DNA of 33,627 bases from Eledone cirrhosa. Its lineage: Eukaryota. The notes under the pieces were generated by a model. That model was not told where the DNA came from. It searched no databases and saw nothing but the letters and a program-made list of their open reading frames with translations. The DNA is taken from assembly GCA_964016885.1 (NCBI GenBank), contig CAXHJY010001181.1, forward strand, positions 1-33,627. The letters are read 5' to 3'. Positions within the stretch are counted from its first letter, which is position 1, and each line of letters begins with the position of its first letter. Shown here piece by piece: positions 1 through 9,842 of the stretch. Made by a program: the position numbers and the translations under genes.

Positions 1-96
1 CTACGATCGAATTCAAAGAAAGGGAAAATTTATAATATTTAATTTCAATTTGTCTATCGAGGATTTCATTTTTAAATGACATAAATGTAATTTATA

Positions 97-236
97 TAAT
101 TGTTTCTACTTTCGGCACAAGGCCAGCAGTAACCCAGTACATTACTGGTACTTTATTTTATCGATCCTGTAAGGATGAAAGGCAAAGTTAACCTCGGCGG
201 GATTTGAATTCAGAACGCAAAGGGACGTAACTATGC
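97..236 (-). mobile_element. tRNA-derived SINE, 5'-truncated copy (same family as 15448-15633)
   Basis: Reverse complement aligns closely to ~15499-15636, e.g. cccagtacattactggtactttattttatcga...ggatgaaaggcaaagttaacctcggcgggatttgaa. Confidence 0.85.
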
Positions 237-482
237 CCCTTTACGATCTGAGTTCAATGAATGCATGTATGGACACATCATTCTTGATGGAGTCGTAACG
301 GTGCTGTTGGGGCATACAGAGTGTCTTGGGCATTTAAAACCTGGTGGCTCCTATCTCTCCAGATCTGAACGCAGCCAATTTCATTCAGAGAAAAGGGCAG
401 AAAGAAAGGGTGATAGAGAGGAGAGGACAAGGAGATATAGAGAAAGATTTCAGTATTGGACTAAAAATATTTTTTCGTTGAT

Positions 483-576
483 CGCGGCGGGTTTTCAACT
501 CTGAGCCCACGGAGCCGGAACGAATACCGTAAAAGGTTCTATTCGATGTTCTAATGGCTCTACCAATTCATTACCT
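483..576 (-). mobile_element. Diverged SINE head fragment
   Basis: Reverse complement aggtaatgaattggtagag...gagttgaaaacccgccgcg resembles the SINE head at 15448 (agggcggtgaattggcag...gagttcaaatcccgccgagg). Confidence 0.55.
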
Positions 577-1344
577 GTTTAATTAAGGAATATGATTTAC
601 AAAAGAAATAAATGAATTAAAGAAGACATGCACACTCCCTCAATTACACACTACACCGTCATACCTGGTGTTGCTTTCTAGATAAACGTTCTTGAGGCAA
701 CCTAAATCACAGCACTACCATACATGATAGTGAGAGCTAGGACGCTGGAATAGCCAAGCATTCACAGGAGCATCACTGCATACTGCAGTAAGATTGTGAA
801 AAAAAAACTTCATTGTCAATAACCCAACTCTTCCAAAGGTCTCAAATGTCATTTACCGATAAAAGAGATTTAGTCGAAGACTGAACAAAGAATGAAGGCT
901 TCTGATAATAGTTTTATTGTTGAACAAAAGTATACAATGATAAAGGTATTTTAAAAAAAAAGAAAATTAAAATAATAATCAGAACAGAACAAAAGAAAGA
1001 AACGAAACTGAATAAAAAAGGGACAAGGGGGAAGGTAGGGACAGAAGGTATTTCTTAGCTAGACACCATGAACAAGATGAAATCATTATTGCGGAGAACA
1101 TCCAGCGACATTCATCGTGTGGGAGGCACTGCTTCCGAGATTTTTGTAGTGACCGGCTCGAAACGGAAGCATTGGTCGAGTCCTAGGAGTTGGGTGTCTT
1201 CCTCTCCTCTGTGACAGTCCTGGGTCCGAGGCCTTTAGTTGTTCGGTGCAAAAAGGAAGCAGTTGATCATGTCCCGTTACTTGGCTATCTTCTCTATTAT
1301 GGGTTATGCTTATTTATTTAGTTTGATAGGCAACGAATAGACAG

Positions 1345-1428
1345 TCGTTAGCACCTCAGATGGAATGCTCCGTGATATTCGTCCCGGCTGTCTGAACTTT
1401 GATTTCAAATCCCAGCAAGAACAACTTT
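1345..1428 (+). mobile_element. Degenerate SINE head fragment
   Basis: gtcgttagcac...gaatgct...ttcaaatcccagcaagaacaacttt resembles the B-box region (ttcaaatcccgccgaggttaacttt) of the SINE at 15448. Confidence 0.4.
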
Positions 1429-1741
1429 GAGAGGGAAGGGGCTTTGCTAGATGTTAAATATTACGATGGTGCCCATACGATTCCATTAAGTGTATTGTGT
1501 CTAAACATACATGAGGGGGTTAGACTCACACCATAATCTTTTAGGTACTTTGGGTCTCGAAAGTTGAGGAAGATTTGTCGGTTATTTCTAGCAAACTGGG
1601 CTTCAATCTTGAAGCGTCTTTCAATGTTAGGTAAAACAAATTCCATATTTTTACAGAAGTTAAACGATCTACGGCTGAACCTTACATTACGCTTCAAAAA
1701 AGGGAAAGTAACTTACTGGAATTGACGTCTAATACACTCTG

Positions 1742-3617
1742 TTGTACTGTACTAGAGAGGTTATTGACTGGTTCTCCAGCATTGAAAACAAGTCAGATGT
1801 TCGATTCGTCCAACTGGACATTGCGAACTACTACGCCTCTATATCCACAGTCATCTTAAACAAGGCATTGATCTCAGCCATGGACAGGTCAAGCCTCACT
1901 AGAAAGGAAGTTGACATCATCCTAGTTGCTAGGAAAACATTACTAGAATTCGACTGAAAATTATGGGAGGGACAAAATAGACCAGATAGCTTTGATATTA
2001 TAATGGGGTCGAGTGATTCCGCCCAAGTTACAGACGTTGTCGGCTTGTACCTCCTAAGTAAACTAACAGACGAGATCCCTAACATAGGCGGGGGCTTGTA
2101 CAGAGACGACGTGCTGCTCTTGGCCCGCGGACTTAATAATAGCCAAATAGAAAGACTACATAAACGACTTAGGTATATCTTTAAAGCCCACGGCCTGGCG
2201 GTAGAAATAGAACGCAACAATAGGACAGTGAATTTCTTAGACGTGACATTAGAATTAGACACAGGTCTGTACCGCCCATACCATAAACCTAATGAGAACT
2301 TAAAGTATGTTAATAGACACTCCAATCACCCTAAGAACATTATTAATTCTATAGTTAAGAGTGTTTCCAAAAGAGTGCCCACCCTGTCGGCTAATAGGTC
2401 TACTTCAACCAGCACGCAGAATACAATAACTCCGCACTAGAAAAGGCTGGATATAAAGATAAGATTGCTTACAATAACCAGACCAGCAGCAAAACGTCGC
2501 AAAATTCACATAGCCCTTTAGAAACACACTTAGACAATGACGCCACCCCCACCCCAAGAATAACTACCACGCTAAGACCACCCCTAGCCGACAAGACGGG
2601 CAGCGATACATACCACTGCCAAGAAGGTAAAGCCATACCCTCCAACCCCTGTAAAGACTCGAAGCATAGCACACGAATACGTGGTAATAGAGACCTTATA
2701 TTAAATGGTACAAACATAGCAACAGTACCCAAGGAAAATACACCTGACCAAAACACACCCACATACACACACTAAACCACAGCAACCGCTCTAAACCTCG
2801 TAAGACCCGGAGCAGATCCATGACATGGTACAACTACCCGTACTCTATACACGTTGCTACCAATGTACTAGGAACATTCTTCAGGACCCTCGACCAATCC
2901 TTTCCACTCACACACACAAATACAACAAGCTCTTTAACAGACACTCAGTAAAATTCTCCTTCCCCACAACATCCAATCTAGCCGACAGCATAATAAGACC
3001 AAAATACGCAAACACAAGCAAACACCCCAAGCAACCACTAACACAGTCCAAAACAACACCGCACAGACAATACATTACAACGCTCAACTATATGCTAACT
3101 CCAGCCAGAATCTGACCAACCGGCAATATAACAACGCTGAATAGCCCCTAGGTGCAACTGCAAAAAGCCGGAGGAATGCCCACAGAGCGGGGAGTGCCTC
3201 ATCAAGAACATTGTGTACCAGTGCGATGTCACGGCCAGCCGATATGAATACACCTATATAGATGCGACCTCGACTACCTTTGAGGAACTTTACAACCAAA
3301 AAAGCTCCTTCAACCACAGACTTAAACGCTCCCAAACCAGACTGGCAGATTTGATCTGGGATCTCAAGGACAAGAACCTGAAATACCAGATCAAATGGTC
3401 AGTTAGGAGACGCGTGGCCCAACTTCCAATCGGGGGAAGCCACTGCAGGTTGTGCCTGGCTGAATCGGCCGAGATCATTAAATTAAAATCGGCCATAAAT
3501 TTGAGATCGGAAATCCTCATAAACTGCAGACACACCAGGAAGCATACATTCACCACCTTAATATTCGGGCAGGAACCACGGACAAAACATAACAACCTAA
3601 ACACAACATCAGAATAA
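1742..3617 (+). pseudogene. Element A: 5'-truncated, frameshifted PLE RT + GIY-YIG endonuclease (Naiad-like)
   Basis: Collinear motifs across several frames: FVQLDIANYYASI, FDIIMGSSDSAQVTDVVGLYLL, GGLYRDD, NFLDVTL, PYHKPN...SNHP, CNC..C..C, VYQC...YIDAT, CRLCLAE, NCRH. Homologous throughout to element D. In-frame TGA at 1955-1957 and frameshifts near 2400 and 2900. Confidence 0.9.
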
Positions 3618-4358
3618 CTACCACTATTTTTCATATCTCATTTCATTACCAATGTTATCCTTGTTAATTGTTAATTTCTAATCCTTTTTTAGTCTTAATC
3701 CTGTAAATTTTAGGTTGCATCCATTATCATGCCCCTCATCATTGAACCCATCACCATGCCGCCACCACTCTTATCCACACCAACACATACCACATACCAT
3801 TGAAGCACACACAAATCCCCAGCACCATACACTTCACCACAATGGTTTGCATCACCTCATTTTCTATCACTAACTTCACCACCGTTATTCAACATCACTT
3901 CTTATATTCTTTCTACCACCAATTAACCCCACAAGATATCATCTACACCCAACGCTGATGCACATACACCTGACCCTGTCTCGTGTGTGTGCACGCGTCT
4001 GTATATGCATGTATAGATGTGTATATATAGGCGTGTGTGTGAGTGTGTATGTGTATATGTGCATATGTGATTGCACCCCTGCACAACCTTATGGTGGTAT
4101 GGGTCTCCTGACTGTGAGTACCCTTATCTTGTTGGCGTGTACACATGAGGAGACGCAGACAAATGTGCGATGCATGCATAGGTCGATGTGTCCGAAAATA
4201 CATATCACTCGTATGATGTGTGCATGAGCCCGTGGGGCTAGTGCAGGTGTGCAGGATGACCGTATGAAAACTCCGTATCCTCTGCCACGATTAGACGCAT
4301 ACAACAAGGCACGCCCATCTGGCTCCGTGTATTTACCACGTGTGCCTACGTGGGGTGA

Positions 4359-4364
<6 letters not shown>

Positions 4365-4436
<72 letters not shown>
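4365..4436. repeat. (TA)n(TG)n compound microsatellite
   Basis: Directly visible. Confidence 0.95.
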
Positions 4437-4437
<1 letters not shown>

Positions 4438-4710
4438 ACGTGTGTGTATTTACACATTCACGCTTGTGTGGATCAGCAAGCAGGGACTTATGCCCCTGTG
4501 TGAGTGTGCACACAGGTTTATTTATTTATTTATTTTCCTTTCTATACTCTCTCACACAGTATGCTTTCTATAAGTTTCTTAATACCCTTTTCTATCTTCT
4601 ATAGCTTCTTATTTCCTCATTTGTGTAATGATATTATTTACGAAGTTTCTAAAAACAGTAGGAGGGTGGCATGAGTCCTTGTGTATGTAATTAAGCTTTT
4701 CGTTTAGCTT

Positions 4711-4758
4711 ATGGAAGGGTCTGAAAGTATGTGTATGGAAGGGTCTGAAAGTATGTGT
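4711..4758. repeat. 24-bp tandem duplication
   Basis: atggaagggtctgaaagtatgtgt occurs twice in tandem. Confidence 0.9.
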
Positions 4759-5332
4759 GCGAAGATCTAAATCAAAGGTTCTCAACGGGGGGCATATGCC
4801 CCTGGGGGCGATTTGGAGCAATTAGGCGTTAGGGGGGGGGGGGCGTTTGAAGTTTTGGGGGGCGCTGGAAGACTATTTACTTAGGTAAATTTTATAAGCC
4901 ATATTTGTACGTCTCTGAGACAGCCAGTGTGAATGCATTTGAATGAAGAAAACGAAGAAAATAAATAAAAGAAGTTTGTCAACGAATTCCCTAGGGAGAT
5001 AAAAGAAAAACGAAAGAAATCAAAGACAATGAAAATAAGGACAACGTCAACTATGACAACAGTTACAAGAACAACAGAAACGACAAGAAAAAGAAGCAAT
5101 GGTGATGAAAAATGTGGGTGTATACATATACATATATACAATCATATACACACATGCATACGTACATACATATAAACCTATATACACACACATATATACA
5201 CAGACAGGCCGGCGTTGGTGTTTGATGAGGTTGAGAACCTGGTCAGCTTTCAGCCAGAGCTGTGGTATTTAATATCCATAGGTAATAAAATCTAGAGACA
5301 AAATTCTCTCTACCAAAAAAACACATAGGTAA

Positions 5333-5381
5333 ATGTATGTATGTATGTATGTATGTATGTATGTATGTATGTATGTATATA
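5333..5381. repeat. (TATG)n microsatellite
   Basis: Directly visible. Confidence 0.95.
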
Positions 5382-5816
5382 GAGTCAATAGCCATCCAAA
5401 ATCACCGGGAGAGATGACCCCTTAGCCTTTGCCAAGGCAGAATTCTAGGAGTAGGAACACTCTGATATAACACCTGCAACCCTGATGGTATCCAATGATG
5501 TTGACTTGTTCTTCTTTTTGGTAAATATCATCTTGGTTAAGAGAGTGGGACTGGCTTTGTGCAGTGCCTTTTGCTCACTATAAAAGCTTCACGGCACAGG
5601 CATTGCTTTATATCTGGAGATCTCTCTGCACTTGTCATCACATGGTACCATGGGCTTGGCACTATGTGTCAATAATTGTCACAAGTGTAGTGTTTGTACC
5701 AGAGTTTTCAAGTCGCTGGCTGGACTAAAAAATCACACTCGTTCAGCGCATCGGTAGGGGTTCTCCTACATGGATATAACGTAGTGGCCGTATTCGAAAA
5801 CGAGTTGGCAGCCACC

Positions 5817-5895
<79 letters not shown>

Positions 5896-5902
5896 CATAC
5901 AT
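5817..5902. repeat. (TA)n microsatellite
   Basis: Directly visible. Confidence 0.95.
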
Positions 5903-6431
5903 TTACCTATGTGTTTTTTTGGTAAAGAGAGAAAAGTTATGATACGAAAGGACCTGTGTGGTTACTAAAACAAGGTTTAGGATGGTGGTTAGGACGGAAC
6001 AGGGGGAGAAAGGAAGAAAGGAGTTTCCGTCGTCAGCTGTAAATGTTTCCCGAACCGATGTTTCGGCGCTGAATTACAGGATATCAGTGTATTTCGGGTG
6101 CACCCGAGGCCGTTTATTAATCAAAAGGCCAGGTGGAAAAGGAGAGAGAAAGAGAGAAAAAATGGGAGAAAAAAGGAGAGAGAAAGGAAAGAGAGGGAAA
6201 GGAGGAAGAAGAGGGGGGGAAAAGATGAGGAGAGAGAGGAAGAAGAGAGGGGGATAGGAAAGGAATAGGAGAAAAAAAGTGTACAGGTCCCATCGTGGGA
6301 AGACACAGGTGAAAGAAACATGCAAAGAAGTAACCGTGGAAAAATAGGGAAAGTAAGTTGTGGCCAATCTGGGAAGAACAGAGAACAAAAAACAGAGAGG
6401 CAGTACAAATGGTATGGTGTTTAGTTTCACG

Positions 6432-6615
<184 letters not shown>

Positions 6616-7821
6616 AAAAAAGATGAAATCGAAAATGCAACTGGAGTCTTTTTTAAAAAAAATATATTTATTTGGTTCCTTTAGCGGTTTCGCAGTTCTT
6701 GTGCTTTTCAAAAGTAGAATTGAGATGGAGGGTTTGTGGTTTTTGTGAGAAAATTAGTTGAGCGCTCTATGATGTAACCGATATGGTGGAGAAGAGAGGA
6801 ACCAACCATGAGCTACCCCTGGAAATTCCCTCTACCATGGGGATGGAAACCCCTGACACTGGACGGACATAATAGTAACTTTCGGCAGGATAAATACGCG
6901 GAAACAAAAACTAAGATAAACCCATATTTTCCTGCACCAAATCGCTTTTGAACAGAAATCTATACATTGACAAATTGACAATCATATGGATCATTTTGCA
7001 TATATGTACTCTGTGTTTTTGCATTTACTCATTATTGGTTCTTTTCTTTTGTCTACTTTATATCTGTTTTTCTTTGGTTTTGTTCCATGTGATGGAAATT
7101 ATGACTGTGTACCAGATTGACTACTGCCATGAATACTGTAGTTTACCCTCCGTTCTAATGTACGGCATTATCGTTCAATTATGTGGATGGTGTAACTGTG
7201 ACATTGGAACCCCTTTCAGAACTTCTTACTTAAACATATCTCTCCATATTATTTACTCACTTCAATCTATGTTTTTTTACTCACCTCAATCCGGATTCTC
7301 ACTTGAAAATTTTTTTAATTTCTAATTGTTAATTTTTTAATTGTTTAATTTATAATTTCTGATTTTTGATTTAGGATTTTAATTTTTGTTTCCAACTCTC
7401 ACTCATAACTTCCAATGTAAAACCATGATACCTAGAATTAAGTATATTTTCTCTTGGGAGTTGATGGTCAGTCGTACTGTTCATGCTTGGTGAGAGGTAG
7501 TATTGTGACCTGTAAAAACTAACACTCTCCCATCCCCTCTGGCTTTCGGCTGATTGCCACAGACGGGACGGGTAGCAGTAAACTATGGTACAGGCCTAAA
7601 TGGGTCATTGTTTGGCTGAGAGGGTGAACTGACTAAGCGAATTTCGTTGAAATCGGCGGTAGCTAATGGTCAACTTCCTTCGGACATGCGCCTGCGCAGA
7701 CCGGTGGGGTGAATTGGTACTCACAGGGGAACGGATGAAGAACCCAAAAGCACACACTTCGTCCGTTCCCATGTCGATTCAACTTGGATTGCCTCAGAAA
7801 CATAACCTTATTATGTAACAA

Positions 7822-7895
7822 GCTGTCTGATGATGTCACGACACTCGCACACAGAACAGTGTGGCCAGTGTCGTCATTGAAATATATATGACAGC
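7822..7895 (+). ncRNA. Degenerate type I hammerhead ribozyme motif (probable PLE 3' remnant)
   Basis: gctgt-CTGATGA-t..acgacact/agtgtcgt (8-bp helix II)..t-GAAA-tatata-TG-acagc. Helix I is gctgt/acagc. The cleavage-site base is G, which is non-canonical. Confidence 0.5.
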
Positions 7896-8161
7896 ATTAT
7901 TATTAAAGGACTTGAACATCTGAAACTACTTCGCTTTTACTTATTCTATATATATATATTCTTTTTTTAGTCTGTCTACCTTTGGATAGAGCTCGATGTA
8001 ATCTTGTAAAATCCATAGAGAAGTTGTGTTTCGCTGAATTAATTCTTTAGATACAGAGTCAGATATTAGGTATTAAATTAACAATAAAAATAAAAACAAC
8101 AAAATTAAAACAAAGTTATAAAGTAAGTTGACTTTGTTCTTTTATTTTCATTGTTAATTTG

Positions 8162-8164
<3 letters not shown>

Positions 8165-8254
<90 letters not shown>
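8165..8254. repeat. (CA)n microsatellite
   Basis: Directly visible. Confidence 0.95.
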
Positions 8255-8255
<1 letters not shown>

Positions 8256-8452
8256 AGTCCCACTGCCCGGGCCGACCAAAGCCCTGTGAGTGGATTTCAT
8301 TGACCGAAACTAAAAGCGCGTCGTATATACCTATATATGTCTGTGTGTGTCTTTGCGTTTGTGTTTGCCCTCCCACCAATGCTTGTTGGTTTGTTGACGT
8401 GCCCATAACTTACCAAAGTGATGCTCCAGCATGGGCGTAGTCCAGAGACAGA
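8255..8452 (+). mobile_element. Fragment of a second SINE family (octopus-type, internal TG/TA tract)
   Basis: gggccgaccaaagccctgtgagtggattt...gaaact...gtcgtatata...gctccagcatgg matches my recollection of an abundant octopus SINE; not database-verified. Confidence 0.55.
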
Positions 8453-8453
8453 A

Positions 8454-8489
<36 letters not shown>

Positions 8490-8670
8490 AGAAGAGGGGT
8501 CTCAAACTCAGGGACACAAAAGGGCCATTACGTCCTTATACAAAAATAATTCAGTGGATGGAAAAAAGCAAGCGAGGACTAAATTCCAAGACATTGAAAA
8601 AATCAGTGCCTACTTGGTCGGTGGCAAATTCAAAAGGATCAATCACGTGAGGAAACTTAGCTGAGAATTG

Positions 8671-8751
8671 ACTTCCTGATGACGAAAGGTATTCTCCATG
8701 TTCCATTCAGAAACCATGTTTATTCCCTTTCAGAAACTAATTAGTTGGAGT
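8671..8751 (+). ncRNA. Type I hammerhead ribozyme (GUU site)
   Basis: acttc-CTGATGA-c-gaaagg...cctttc-a-GAAA-ctaattag-TT-ggagt; palindromic helix III. Confidence 0.6.
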
Positions 8752-9195
8752 GAAATTTTAGTAATTAAGTTAATTTTTATAATTTTCTTATTTTACGTCT
8801 ATCATATAATTGTTCTGCATCCCCTTGCATTGAACCACAAAGTTACTAAGACAATACTTATATATTTGCTAGCATAGGTATGCATCTGTATATATATGTT
8901 GGTAGATATACTAATTCTTTATAATTATCTCCAAATTATTTTGTTGAGCAAAAATTTGCCAAAACTGCTACTATAGATAGTAATAATCCGGCTACTGTCT
9001 TCTTAACACACCACTCCTCACTGATTAACCTCGATGTCACGTGATTGATCCTTTTGAATTTGCCACCGTCCAAGTAAGCACTGATTTTTTCAATGTCTTG
9101 GAATTTAGTCCTCGCTTGCTTTTTTCCATCCACTGAATTATTTTTGTATAAGTTCCCTGTGTCCACGCATCGCCTGGAAACTTAGCTGAGAATTG

Positions 9196-9276
9196 ACTTC
9201 CTGATGACGAAAGGTATTCTCCATGTTCCATGCGGAAACCATGTTTATTCCCTTTCAGAAACTAATTAGTCGGAGT
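9196..9276 (+). ncRNA. Type I hammerhead ribozyme (GUC site)
   Basis: acttc-CTGATGA-c-gaaagg...cctttc-a-GAAA-ctaattag-TC-ggagt; helix I acttc/ggagt, palindromic helix III actaattagt. Confidence 0.7.
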
Positions 9277-9349
9277 GAAATTTTAGTAAGTAAGTTAATT
9301 TTTATAATTTTTTTATTTTACGTCTTTTATATATATATATATATATATA

Positions 9350-9801
9350 GTTATACTTTGGGAGGGTCATGTTGCCAATAAGAAACACACGCACCAGTTG
9401 CTTTCACTTCAATTTAATTTATTATATATTTATAAATTTACAAATTTATAAATTTCTGGTTGGTTGGTTGGTTCCACAACCAGATAGTTGTTTATATATA
9501 TATAGTCATAGTTCTTTCGTCACACACTCTGTGACCTCTTCAGTGACTGGGGATTTCTTTCTTCGTTTCTGTGCCTTTCCTTTCTTCTATCCTACGCCAT
9601 TTTGTTTGTGTGTGGGTTGCGTGCTCAGTTTGCGCATGCGCCACATCCGGGTGTCTGTGTGTGTTTGTGTTCATTTTTCTATTTTTCTATTTATCTATTT
9701 ATATTTTTCTATTTGTTTGTTTATTTATTTATTTATTGTTGGTTGGTTGTTTGTTCTATGTGTGTGTGTGTTTTCATTTTGTCTTGTGTGTGTTTTCAAT
9801 T
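9350..9801 (-). repeat. Element B left arm (3' UTR/pLTR), inverted repeat of 13553-14025
   Basis: Near-identical reverse complement; differences are mainly small tandem-unit indels. Confidence 0.95.
9504..9548 (-). ncRNA. Minimal type I hammerhead ribozyme in element B 3' UTR
   Basis: Reverse complement reads agtca-CTGAAGA-g-gtcac-agagtgt-gtgac-GAAA-gaac-TA-tgact. Confidence 0.8.
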
Positions 9802-9842
9802 GTAAGTTGTTTGTTCTATGTGTGTGTGTTTTCATTTTGTCC

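Larger units (their letters stand above)
8536..9325 (+). mobile_element. Rearranged non-coding PLE 3' end / hammerhead cassette (two partial copies)
   Basis: 8536-8650 is the reverse complement of ~9038-9152; 8651-8800 is a direct copy of ~9176-9325. Both direct copies carry a hammerhead, and the unit ends at a (TA)n run. Confidence 0.7.

Noticed and set aside
1461-1697. Minus-strand 78-aa ORF as an inverted N-terminal piece of element A
   Set aside because: Resemblance to the D N-terminus is too faint to support.
1955-1957. In-frame TGA in Naiad-like element A as selenocysteine (some Naiads encode selenoproteins)
   Set aside because: It aligns to a non-Cys position (FEDQLW in D), the copy has several other lesions, zinc-motif Cys codons in A and D are TGT/TGC, and I see no convincing SECIS.
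4772-4820. hAT/Charlie-like terminal sequence (ggttctcaacggggg; also aggggtctcaaact at ~8495)
   Set aside because: No partner inverted repeat or 8-bp TSD found.
5222-5245. ttgatgaggtt..acc as a hammerhead
   Set aside because: Core mismatch and no GAAA/UH in register.
5995-6040. Minus-strand ctgacga with a gacggaa/ttccgtc stem as a hammerhead
   Set aside because: No GAAA after the stem and no consistent helices I and III.
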